Shown: piece after piece, positions 11,651-24,100 of the stretch | Layout: each line of letters opens with the position of its first letter | Position numbering within the stretch: position 1 is the first letter of the stretch | DNA from: Raillietiella orientalis | Lineage: Eukaryota | Length of the DNA stretch: 64,000 nt | Direction: 5' to 3' | NCBI GenBank assembly: GCA_036172245.1 | Contig: JAYWIR010000004.1 | Location: 3,472,001 to 3,536,000, forward strand | Made by a program: the position numbers and the translations under genes | Notes under the pieces: generated by a model | Told to the model about the DNA's origin: nothing | Seen by the model: only the letters and a program-made list of their open reading frames with translations | The model's database searches: none

Positions 11651-14583
11651 AGAATTCCTTTTTCGTGCTTGCCGGAGGACATCCCCTCGGCAGCGGTGCA
11701 TTTCGCGCGCGCGCATGCGTGTTCTTTCTCCCCCCCGCTCCGCACGCGCGAGTTCTCGGGGCGGTTCGGATGCCTCCCTCCTCTCCCCGTGTTCGCCCAG
11801 AAGAAGAAGCAGGGCGTGACCCTGGCGACCGCGCCTCAGAGATGCGCTGGAAACCTGCTGAGAATGAAACCGGGCCGCTGCTGCTCCTTTGGAAACAGAT
11901 GCGATCCTCTTCCGTTTCTCGAACCGGAGTCTCCCATTGGAGGAACCCTGGCGAGAGGGCTCATGGCGCATCCGTTCCTGCGCTGGCCGCATCGCTTCGG
12001 CGGAGTGGTGGGTTTCTCTGGGGTCAATGACGAGAGTGGTGTGGGTAGCGGCCTCGCCGATGGGTCACCCTCCTCGGGGACCGCGTGGCGTGAGGAGGTC
12101 TTGACGCTGCTGGACGCCCCTGGCAGACGGGCGAACGCCGCTTCCTCGAGGGCTGGCACCTGCTGAAGTCTCGCGGTTGGCTCCAGCGCCTGAGGCGATG
12201 TGTCCCTCGGGAACCAAAGTTCTTCCTGGCGATCTTTCGCTTCCCGTGCGATGACCTCACCCTCCGCTGCTCTTGCCCTGGGAACGCGATCGGAGGGAAT
12301 CCCTGAGGTGCGCCCTCCGGGACGCAGAAGCAGCGGTACCTTCGAGCGGAGCACAGAAGGTGCCGTGCTGGAGGGGCGGATGACGCGCATCCCGAGCCCT
12401 CCTGATTTCAGCTGCTTTTGTTGCCTTCCTGCCAGCGCTGCAGAAGAACCCTGACGGGCTAACCAATGGCTCGCTCCCGCGGGAAATCCACTCCGCAGAG
12501 CACTTCGCACCCCGGAAAGTAGCGGGGCTCTACGGGAACTCCAGTCAGGACATCGCCTTCCTACCGTGTGCCTTTAGGGACCTCTCGATCGGTCAGTCCG
12601 AAGGGCAGACCGAAGAGATCCACAGCGAGGTCTACGGACGATCCTCATGGCTCGCACTGCTCCTGCGGCAGCCGGAGCGCCACCCTCCAGAAGAGCACAC
12701 CCTGAGTCTTCAGCTCTGCGAGAGGACGGGTGCTTTTCACCAGCCTCTCATTCGTGTGCAACCTCACCACCTCTTCTTCCGAAACAATCTTTTCTGACGA
12801 TTCCCCACCCATCATCTTCCCCTGTTGCAACGATCAGGAGTCGCCCCCGGAGGGTCGTCCACCTTTCCCAAGCGCACAAGCAGCCTCCGTGCACACTTCT
12901 TTTGTGACCGCGTCTAAGGGACCAATTTTTGGACGCACCAGTTTACACAGTTTTGGTATCTTCTAGCTCGGAAGAGTTTGAGTCAGCAAGGGATCCGCTC
13001 TCTAATGCTTCCCGTGGCCACAGGGTATTTCGCCACCACTCTCGATTGCCATTCTTTCGTGATCCGCCAAGCCGCGCAGCTACGAGCTTCTCGCTCCGGG
13101 ACTTTCTTTCTCCTCCAGCTATGCAACTCATTCGTATGTTTCCAAAAGAATGGGAGGGGAGAGGGGGGCAACTGCAAGTGCCTCCCCCGTCCGCTTCGTC
13201 CAGAAGTCGCTCTTAACAGTTTCCCTCTTCGTTGGCTCCTTATTGAGATTGATGGCAACAGCAAGGATGCTGTCTCTAGCCGCCCCTTTAGACTGCTCCT
13301 GTTCTTGACGTTGTAGCTCATTGCGGACTCCCCACTACTGCAAAGGCATAGGGAGGGCTCCATACGAAGAGCAGGCAAACGTGTGACTTCGGCCTAGGAG
13401 GGAGGGAAGAACTGTCGACGGAACGCTCAGTTCCACGCTTCCTGGAGATCCCGAGGGAAGCAGGCAGCCAGCTGCTTTTGGAGTTCTGGAGCAGCACTAC
13501 GGACACGTCCACCAGGAAGAGTTCGCTCTGCAAGGCCAGACGGAAATCCCAGCTGTTAGCGTGCGCGAGACACGAAACACACACAAAAAATCCCTTTGTC
13601 CCTGCGGGCCATCTTCGCCCTGCTTTGCTCGGATCCTCCTGCGTGGACGACAGCGGGGATCCCAACAGCAGGACCGCTTTTCCTGGAAGGAAGTCATCCG
13701 AAATTCGCCCACGGCGGCGACTGGCATTCCGAAAAGCAGCGCTCTGCGGCGGTTTGCGTGGAACATCCCGATGCAGTCCTCTTTGCATCTCACGAAAATG
13801 TCTCTTCGTCTTCACTGGCTCTTCGCAGCTCACGAAGTCGTCTCCTCTCTTAGAAATTGCAGCGAAACACCCCGGTTGCCCCTCTTTCAACAGAGCAGAA
13901 GCGAAGGAGGTCTCGGAGAGTGAGAGGATTCTCTCAGCACGCCGCCAACCCGTCTCTGCTTGCGGGCAACTGGGAATGCACACACGCGGCGATGCCCTCT
14001 CCTCACCTTCAGTCCAGGAAGTCACCTCTCCTGCAAACTTCCCTTTCGTGTTGCCGAGGAGGCACGAAACTCCAGGCGGTAGCTGCTTCCTGCGCGGGAT
14101 ACGCTTCGTGGGCACGCTAGAAGCTTTCGGCACGTTCGCCGAGACCGCCGCCACCTGCAAGCCCATAAGAGAAAGAGATCCCTCAGTGATTCCCAACAGT
14201 CCGTTTTCCTTCCTTGCTACCGTGGTTTCTTCTTTTACATTCTGTTTGCCTCATTCTCCATGTAACCTCGCGCCATGGATGTCTTCGAAGTTCGTGTGCC
14301 AGAGGAGCAGTAGATTCCCCCCTCTATCAGCAGTCGTTACCTGGATTCCATCTCCTCGAGGGAAATAGAAGACTCTGTCCTGTTGGGATGAGTGGGCAGC
14401 TTTCCTCCCCGGAAATGCCTCCCTTCGGCTTCCCCCCCTTCCTCCCCATGTCACGGAAAGCTCCGAGAGAGGGCTCGATGACAGCAGCGGATAGAAATCA
14501 GGGCTATGTGCATAATGAGAGCGGCGGGTTCACAGAATCATTGAACAGAGGGACGTGCACGCAGTAGGTGTGCATTGAGTGAC

Positions 14584-14595
14584 AGTCACGTGACT
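14584..14595. promoter_or_regulatory. Palindromic extended E-box AGTCACGTGACT (USF/MITF-TFE/CLEAR-type)
   Basis: 12-nt perfect palindrome; a second GTCACGTGAC at 22505-22514 lies near a TGACGTCA (CRE) at 22678-22685. Confidence 0.35.
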
Positions 14596-15111
14596 CTGTC
14601 GGAAATTAAAACCGCCCTATCGAAACATTCTTAGATCTAGGCGCCGACTACCCACACAACGAAGATATAATCCGCGAAGATCGCGGAGATCCCCATTGCC
14701 GCATTCATCTTAAGGGAGGCCGAGCGACCAAAGTGCAATCTACACTCTGGATTCCTTTCTTCTTCGACATCCCCTCTGCAGTACGTAGAGAAAACAGTCC
14801 TTAGCAGGAAAGAAGGATGTGCTTACCCCCTTTTGCTTGAGAACTTTGTCTCGAGTATGGGCTTTTTTTTTTCCCCCTGTTGAATTCTCCAGTCTCCGAT
14901 TCTCCCTCGGAATTCTCGAACTCTAGACTAAAATCGTTCTCAACATCTTCTGTGGCCAAAAAAAAAAAAACAAGAGAGAGAGAAAAAAAAAAGTTTTTTC
15001 TCTTTCCCTCTCGTGGCTACCTGAAGCCTTGCTAACGGATGCCTGCAGGATTCTTCCCTCGATTCGTACGTGCTTTTTCGAAGGTTCCCAAAATGTGATT
15101 CGCTTTTTTAA

Positions 15112-15762
15112 CATTCCGTTCTTCCTGCTTCCCATAAACAATTTTCGTTCGTTCGGAACGGTCACCTAATGAGTGACAAACAACTCTGCTCGCAGACAGG
15201 AAAGAAAGGCAGCAGTTTGCTTTTGCCCACATGTACCGTGCATTCCTTGTTCTCACTCGTGGACGACTCGAGGAAGCACAGAAGCAAATCAGAACAGAGC
15301 ACCCTCCCTCTCGTCCCCAAACATGTCAAGTTTCCCAAACAAAAAGAACAGCAACTGTCATTCCCAGCTGCTATTTGCTCTAATCACGACATTAACGTTA
15401 ATCTAGTTATGGAAGCAACCATTCTGTTCCATAGCTCTTGAAGCTGTTGCTGGCTTATCGCTTCCATTCCGCAGGCTGTTCCTTGAAACCAGCAACACAC
15501 AAATGATGCAAGTAGCAAGTTTAAAATGGTTCCCGCCAAATGGAGTGTCAACGCTCGTTTTTTTTTTTTTTTTTTTTTCCTGGAGGAAACATTCCATCCG
15601 TATCTGTCTTGGAATGGTCGGAGGGCCACACCTGCAACCAAAAAAACGGAATGGGTCTATGCAGAAAAACAATTGCAAGTAGGATCGAGACGAGAAAACG
15701 AATGGGAGATTAGAGCGGACCGATTTACGAGCATTTCTGAAAAGAAATGATGGAAAGGAATG
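15112..15762. promoter_or_regulatory. Cluster of 8 TEAD/Scalloped motifs about 3.6 kb downstream of expanded
   Basis: CATTCC at 15112, 15241, 15359, 15465, 15590; GGAATG at 15611, 15648, 15757. Confidence 0.55.
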
Positions 15763-18700
15763 TGCGGCAAATCGTCAACTAACCTTGATGCACGGCTGAG
15801 CATGCCTTCTGATTCCATTAGTCACAATCCGTTCTCATCAAAATGATATCGTCAAAGCTGGTAATTAACAACAGGCGCTCGGGACAAAAAGACAAAAGAA
15901 GGGAAGCCTCCGTTGAAGATGGTTTGAAAATGACATGATGGGGTATGACATCAGCAGTCATTGTATCATTTAGAATACCGGCGTGACTGTTCGGTTTACC
16001 AGTCAATCACACGAAATGCAGCAGAAAAGATTGTATCTAATTGATTATTTATGTTTGATGACACTTGGAAGATGCCGTCTATTATATCACTGGTTTATAG
16101 CGGGAAGCGGGATTCAACGATTCCAGCGCCAACCGTTTTTTGTCAAAGAGCTGATGGGTACGGAGTACAACAGACGGAAACGATGCGACTGGATGGTCTT
16201 CTCGTTGACATCACGTTCCGAAGAATGATAGCATCAGCGTGGGGACCAGTAAACGTCCAAGAAACCACGGTGCTTTACAATAAAGTGATGATTGGCGTGG
16301 GTACGGAAGGCGAAGAGAAATCGCTGCCTCCCATGACTCCCTCGTAAGAATCAGCATAGTCCCGTCTTCTGCCACTTTTGCGAAGCACGGGTGCATCGAT
16401 GTAGAAAGCTGGTGAAGACAAATGGAAAGCTGATTACGAGAGGAAAGGGAAAATGGATCGCATTTCCGATGGGATCCCTGCCGCAGTCTTGATCAGGGAT
16501 GGGGGAGAGAGCCCAAGGAAGGTAGGAAATTGTCCAGTGTTCCTGAAAGGAACGGCTACTAGGAAGAAGAAGTAGAAACAACAACAGCAAAAAAAAAACT
16601 GCTGCCGAGCTGATATGCGTTTTCTTGAGGGAAGGGGGGATTGTCGGGTTGGCGTCCTCCCTCGTGGGTGTTACGGAAAACTGAGTGCTATTTCCTATCT
16701 AGTAGTTGACTGGGCACGACCCAAAAACTATTGAAGGTACGAAGGTACGTTTGTAGCAGGTTTGACAGGAGTAAACTTCCTGATCGCACGAACCCTAAGC
16801 GTGAGCATTCCACCGGGACTTCCACTGCTTTCCGAAATTATGCAAGAATGCTGGTTCGAGGGCTGATGAGTCGACAGCAGGGGTCATGGATCCGTAACTG
16901 GCAGAGGAAAACGTGAACTCGAAAATGTGCTTTGTTGAAGAGGCAGAAGAATTCTCTGCTGACTCAGCAGCAGTACGGAAGGCATGCTTGTCAAGACTTC
17001 GTTTTCCGACCGCTTTCTTATCTACATTTCTGGAATCAGAAGTGTTCAAGAAAAAAAAAAATGAAGAAAAGAATGCCTTTTTTGGCTCTTTTTGTTTTCC
17101 CTCCTCCAGGGCAAGAACGGCAAGCAAGTCGCAAACGAAACCGGAGCGTTTGAGGGAACATCTCTGGGAGTGGTGTGAGCAGTCCCTGCGTCCGCACCAC
17201 GTGGCCTTGATGCTGAGGTGGAGAAGACGTTCCTGGAAAAGAACGCCTCCTCCCGAAGGCAGTCGGAACGGGTGTTGAGGCGAAACGAGTGCTCCTCCCA
17301 AAGAAAGGAGCAAGCAAGACGGAAGCTTGGAAGAGCTCGGTGCGGCTTTCGGAAAAGGAAGTGGGGACTGCGTCTAGGACGGTACGTCGGGTCTCTCGTG
17401 GCCTCGGAGCTATGGTCGTCGACGCAGGTCCTGCCGAGAAGGATCAAAAGACAGCAAGAAGTGGATAATCCTGGAGTCCTCGGCGTGTGCGGGAGACAAG
17501 TGGATCTTCCAGGTGACGAGGAGGGGAAAGGTCCGAATTTGGAGCGAGGAAGGTATGAGTTGATGGACGACTAACGACAGTGGCCATCACTAGCGGGCTC
17601 GCCATGGGTCCGAACGGATCTCCCTGGCAACGTGCGTCCGCCGGATTTTCCTATCGGGCCCGAGATCATAGGCGCCGCCTGAGAGGAAGGCAACTTGTGG
17701 ATCCCCGCGGTCTCAAGTTTCGCTTGCAACAGCAAAAACCAAAGCAAAAAATAATAAGAATAAAAAAAAAAAAAGAAGCGGGAAACATCCTTTCTGATAC
17801 TTTCGCTTTGGCTTTCGGATCGTAGTCGGCGCCGCGTAACCCAAAACCGGAAGGACTGGCACTGGTATTGCGGGCGCCAGTCTTGAGCAAAGTGGATCAC
17901 GGGGCGAAGGAGAGGGGGGAGGGGGGGGGGGAGAGAGAAAGAAAATGCTCTGGTTGACGGGACACGCGCCATCGACCGGTAACTCCACGGCATTACCGCA
18001 GTACACGCCGGCGTTGGGAACTCGAATTTCCATGTCGTCGACTGCGATACGCCAACAGGCGGAGACCCTCTTCCTCGAACTTCGAGGAGGGTCTTCCCTA
18101 CCCCTTCGAACATCCGATCGCAAGCGTATTTGTGTAGCATAGTGTAGGATCGCATAATCTCCCATTCTCCCTGTTTCTTACTTGACTTTCCCGTATCCTT
18201 CGTTGGTCTATTTGCTAACTCTGCATGTTCCTTTGCCATATCATTATTCTTGGAACTTGTTTGTTCACATTGCCGTCTTTGTCCTTCCCCAGAGAAGAAG
18301 AAAGAAAAAAAAAAACATAAGTTGGGAGGTGTGACTTGCGTGGGGGCTGCCTTGTCAGTTCTGAGGAGTCTTTTTCACCCAGCTGACATTCCTGGGCAGG
18401 GCACGAGGGCAAGCACCAAAAACGAATTTCGCCCATCCGGTGCAAGTTCTCCACTTTCCCTGAGCGAAAACAAGTTCCCTACTTCCTTCCTGACTCCGCA
18501 CCTCTTCCTCAGCTTGATGCAGAGGAAGCGGAAGATGCCTGCAGCGAGCAACAAGCACTCAAAGGATTCTTTCGCTCTAATTGCAGTGCTTAGAATGAAA
18601 AGGATGGTGGTGACTATTAGCGCGATCTGACTCCCTTAAGTCGCACACTATTTTAGTTCGCAAGAACGCCACTAGATGCCCTTGACCGTTCACACGCAGG

Positions 18701-21088
18701 ATGCTGCGTCTCCGTGGGATATCGATGGTCAGAGAAAGCCACTCTCGTCTTTCTTGGCTCCACCACAATTAAGATTTTTTTTTCAGCTCACGAGCCTGGT
18801 TCTCACAATGAGTACGCGATTTCCATATCCATGAAGGCAGAATGCTTTCATCGTTCTGGAACCAGATCCAGTGGGATCCTGTTAGCAGGAGAATCCGCGT
18901 CGCCACCCCATGATACGGAGCGGCGGTTCAGAACTCATAAGAGGAATTCCTAGGAGGAATGTGCACAGATGTTTTCGACTTCTTCCCACGGACAAAAACT
19001 CCTGAGGAGAGGGACGCACGCCGTAGGCGGCCACTCGCTCCTTGGTCCCTACGCCTCGGCTTGCTCAACTTCCGCCGACTTTCTTGGCAGCTGGTGCAGC
19101 CTCCGATGACTGCCACCACCCCCCCGCACACCCGCGTCTTCCTTGGCAACCACCGAATCTCTCCCATCAGCCGAGCCTGCCTTCTTACGAGCCAGGATTC
19201 CGAAGTCCCAGTGGCTCCTGAGGCTTCAGGCTCGGGAGAAGGAGCGGGAAAAAGCGCCTATAGCTCCTTCCAAGCTCGTCCTCCGTTCCCGACAAACTCC
19301 TAGAGATGAAAAAAGGGGGAGACGACATTGCAAAGCCACTAGGAGAGCTGAATCGGCATGTGGAGAGTAGGATACGGAGGAGGGAGAGCTCCGGACCTTC
19401 GAAATCGGGACCGTAGGGGAACTTGCTTCCCGAAAGATGTCGCCGTCCACAAGAAACCGTTTGGTGAGCCCCGTAGCGCATTACAGCGGGTGAACACGTC
19501 TGAAAGAAGTCCCTCTAGACCCACTGATGGAGAAGACCAACAGGATCTACTCCAGTCGTGTGACGATAGGGACTGCAAGCTCGAAGCTGCTCCGCCTTTT
19601 GATCCTTCCCTTGGCTTTTGAATCTTCCCTCGAGAGCAGAAAATTCGTGGTCCCTTCCTTTCCCTACGCTGCACTGGGGGAGAAAAAGAGGGGCGGGATC
19701 GGGTCGAGGAGCTGGTCCTTGCTACGGGAAGAGAATCAGGTTCCCTTGCGAATCTGGGAACTCTTCGGGACCTGAAAGGGTCCTCCAGTTTGATGGGTGT
19801 GGATTCGCCCGGCACGAACGGCAGGCGCCTCCGTCTACTTCCGGCAAGGAACGGGGACGAGTGGAACGGGGGCCAGGGAGACCGGGAGGCGTTGAGCAAT
19901 CGCGCCGCTCAGCATGCTCCGAGAGCAGCTCCCGCCTGCGACAATCACTGCGACAAGGAGTTGGAAAATCAGGATTCGTCCCTGGAATCCCCCTGGTCTC
20001 TGCACAGCCGAGTTGATCAGCAATTTTTTTTACCCCATCCTCGTCCGTTCCGTTTGATGAAATCTTCGCGAGGATGTCAACCTGCGTTCGTGGAGTCGAC
20101 AGTGGCGTGTCCGAGGATGATCCATCATCTCGCGATGTGCACTCTGTGGCTCCCTGCATCCTGCTGCTCACTCTCCTCCCAGGAATCGCCTCCGCCGCGA
20201 TGCCGGTGAGAGTCCTCCGAGAGGCTGCTCATCACATCTCGCTCTTCACGATGGACGCTCCCCTGGTGGACGATGCTTGCGGCCCTGTCTTCTTCCTTCC
20301 TCCGCCCTGCCCTCTACTAGCGAGAAGAAAGGTCAGCTCTCAGGCCAGCTCCTCCCTGCTTCCGTTCCGTCAAGTCGACTTCCTCCCCAACTCCACGCTT
20401 TCCGCCGTATTTCTCTCAGGAGTCGGAAAATTCCTTCCCATTCTCCTCAGAGACTTCAGTCTTTTCGCGTGGAAGCGCTCTGGGAACGTGCCGGATCCGT
20501 CGGTTTGGCGCGATAGGTTTTCTGGGAAGGAAGGGGAGGAGCAGTCCGATGAGCCCACTTGAGGAGGTTCGGGGGTTGACTATGGAAGGGAGAAGGGAGA
20601 GGCGGAATAAGGGGGGAGCGAGGGATTCTTCTCCAAGAGTTCTAGAGGTTCGGCTCCTGATCTGCCCTGCAGACCAATGAATCCCTCCCTCTGCGGGGGA
20701 GGAAGCAGGAAGAGCGCTCTGGGGCCTGACGGAATGTTAAGTCCACTCCTCGCCCAGTCGATGTTGCTGCTCCCTCGAGAGTGCGTGGTGACCTCTTCTG
20801 GAGGTGATCCATGATCGGACCCAGGGGAAGGTGGTTCCCGGCTTCCGTCTCCGGGACACGTCTGGAAAGGCGTCACGTCGCGTTCGCGCTCCCGAAGGCA
20901 GTGAGAGGAAGAACTCCCACGACCCTTCCTCTCCCGATCCCTCCTACGTCGGCCTCCGCCTGTGAAAACCGAGGCTGGGCGGAGCGAGGGGCCGGCGACG
21001 GGTCCCAGGCTCCTCCTCCGCATCCCAGCGGCACCGCCTCTCTGGCCGCTTCCTAAGGAAAAGTCTCCCCCGCCCTCTCCCTTTCGCT

Positions 21089-21126
21089 TCCCGCGCGATC
21101 CTCAGCAGTAAAAGGATCGCGCGGGA
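21089..21126. repeat. Perfect 14-bp inverted repeat (hairpin, 10-nt loop)
   Basis: TCCCGCGCGATCCT-cagcagtaaa-AGGATCGCGCGGGA. Confidence 0.8.
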
Positions 21127-24100
21127 TTCGCGATCCTCTTCGTTGCCTCGCCGATGCTTCGCGGACTGTGCTCAGATCACCCGGCGTCTCCACGCCATCT
21201 CCGCGTCCACCTGCTCAAACCCTTCGAGATGTCCTCGTCCGCAAAGATTTCCTTTGTTTCTTGGAGACAAAAAAAACCCACACATGCAGAAGGGGGGGAG
21301 GGGGGAAAGTAAGAAAGAACGAAAGGAAGAAGAAGAAGAAGAAAAAAAAAGCAGCAGCACGTTCCTTCCTCCTCGAGCGAGCCTCGGCGTTCCTCGAGAG
21401 GAGCAGGAACGGTGATCGCGCTCGGCGATAAGATAGTGCGGAAGTCCTTCTCTCTCTTCCCAGCTCTTTAGGAAGGTCATCTCTGAAATGGACGCGTCGA
21501 ACGCACGAAGAGAGCAAGCAGCGGAGAGACTCGGAATGGGAATCCCGGAGGAAGCATCCGCATCAGGGATGCTCCGCTGCATGCTGAACCCGAGCGTGAT
21601 CATCCGCACGACGAGTCCACATCGGAGGATGATGGTGGTGGTGGGTGAGCTCTTTGAATCTTTAGGTGCGGAGAGGGGAAGATCCTCCTCCCTTGATTCC
21701 AAAGGACAGCGTCCTGCCTCCAACGTGCTTCTGGCGGGCGGCCGGAAAGTCTTCGAGGGTCTCCCACGCAAAGTTGCCCGATTCCAAGCACCGGCTTTCC
21801 CTCAGTGGTTCCCACGCTCCAGGAAGCTTTTGACTGCGGCTGGTGGTGGCTCCGAACAGTTCATCGTCGGCTCCTGTTGGAACGGCGACTGGAGGGCCCC
21901 TGAAAGCCCTCTTGGGGGATGGGGAGGGGGGGAGGGTCCGCAGTTCCAGAAGGGAAAGAACGGAAACGTGAAGGGACCGGCGTTTGCAGGCTCGAAGCCA
22001 CGAGTCCCCTTCCTCCTGTTGGGTCGGTAGGGAAGATCGCATTTGGAGGTTTTTCTTGACCACCTCTTCTGGCTTTTCGGAAGAGGCGCTGAAAAGGCTT
22101 GCTGTAGGCATCGCCCTTCGGAGCGGAGCAGCAAGAAATGCGACTCCTTACCACTCCTCGAGCCGCACTCGTGCCTTCCGAAGAAAATAAAATAAAATAA
22201 AGACGGGAAGGAGGAAGAGGAAGAAACACCCATCATTCCCCGCTGCGCTGCCTTTGTGCTTCACTTGGGCTCTCCGCCTGCCAGACTTTGGAGTTGTACA
22301 GATCGGTGAATCCGTTTTGTGATCCTCATCCATCCAGCTGAACCTGGACCGAGTGCACGAAAATCTTCACAAATCGCTCCCCTGGAGAGAGAAAAAAGGG
22401 GGGGAAGGGAGAAAGAGGAAGAAGAAGAAGAAGAAGAAAGAAAAAACTCACTCTGTTAACTTAAATTCCTTCATACGATGGAATCACGGAGACCAAATTA
22501 CCACGTCACGTGACCCGTGCAATCCAACTAGTGCACGCAGTGCAATGGCTTTCTTCCTTCTTCCTTTTTTTTTTTTTTTTTAATTTCTTGTTGTTATTAC
22601 CGCATGGAGTTTTATGGAATCACTTCGTTCTGTGCGCGTTGAACATAGTAACGAAGCCATGGCGACAGTAACGAAACTGACGTCACATTGGTGATGTACA
22701 TTCGCCAAGGAATTTCGCCTGCGAGACTCCACATGGAATCCACATGCAATAACTTGTGGGCAATCTCTGTGCACGTACTACTTGCTCATGTGTGCATGCG
22801 TGCCTGGTGAGCAAGTAGGGGAGTAGCAAGGTCCTATCTTCCTCTTCACCGTATTCACCCATTTAATGGATGCATTACACGTACCTTTTATCGTTGCGCT
22901 GAACAGTTAGTAGGGAGCTCACAATACGAGGTGTAAAAATACTAATAGTACAGAAAGGCAGACTTCAAGGTACACATGCGGCAGACAGGAATGACGCTGC
23001 GTCCACTCTCCGCTCGGTTGTGCATAACAAGCGGGCCGAGCGATCGGATGGACCGCTGCGGCTGCAAAGTCAAAAGTCAGCATCGTGGGAGGCTAGCCGG
23101 AAATGTGAACCTCGGTGGACGCCCCAAGGGGAGCTTTTCGAAACCAGTCTCGATCCGCACCGAAGAAGCGAAAGCTGAAGACCTCTGCTCGCAGCAGCGA
23201 GGCCAGAGGAGCGAGCTCCTGAGACGTAAAACGGAGCGACAAGAACGGTAGAGGTCAACCACCAGAGCTTCAGATTGGGATCCTGGAACGTCAGAGGAGC
23301 GAGAAGGTCGGGCTCGCACGTTTGGTCTCGGGAAGATGTCGAAACAGCACCGCGCCGGCCTCCCTCTCAATACGCCAGAGACGGCTCGGGTATCAATCCG
23401 CTTGGCGACAGAGACTTCGTGGAGATGGCTCATCAGGGTGGAGCTCGGAGCTCTCTGGAGAACCGATCTCTGCCAACCGGAGAGTCGTAGCTGAAGATCA
23501 GCGGATTACCCTGAATTTATTGCACCTCCTGGCACGTAAAAAAAAACAAAAAAGAAGAAGCAGAAGTCGGGAAGCAGTTGCAGTTCTTGTAGTCGATGAG
23601 TGAATCTAAGGAATTGCTTGGAAGCGGCATAAATTCAAAAGGAAACGAGGAGGAGGAGAAAAGGGGGGGGGGAGGAGAAGAAGACGTGCTTTTACTTTCA
23701 CTATACTTCAACTGCTTGGGAAAAAACACCTTGAAAGACTGGAAATCATTTTCATTCACCGTGCACTATCAGCTGTGTTGTCAGCACAAACACGACGGGG
23801 TGGCGACAGCGACTGAAGGAAAGTGCAGATGGGACCAACGTGCAAGCCAGACATCGGTGCACACGAGTGTGTTTCTTCGGGCTGTCGAGCGAAAAAAGAC
23901 AAAAAAAAAAAAAAAAACCTTCTGCTCGTCAACCGCGCTTTTTCCGTTCCGTTTTGTTTGTTTTGTCGCGCGCGCGCGATCGATGCCCGCAGGAGACGAG
24001 CATCAGACGTCGCCCAAGCAACCTCTGATGCCCGCAGGATGTTTCCTTACTGCCTGCCTTCGTGCGAACGAGTTGCGTTCCCCGCCCCTTCGTTGTCCTT

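Noticed and set aside
19358..20209. Two same-frame + ORFs separated by one TGA (possible selenocysteine or readthrough)
   Set aside because: No recognisable domain or SECIS; the length is attainable by chance at this GC level.
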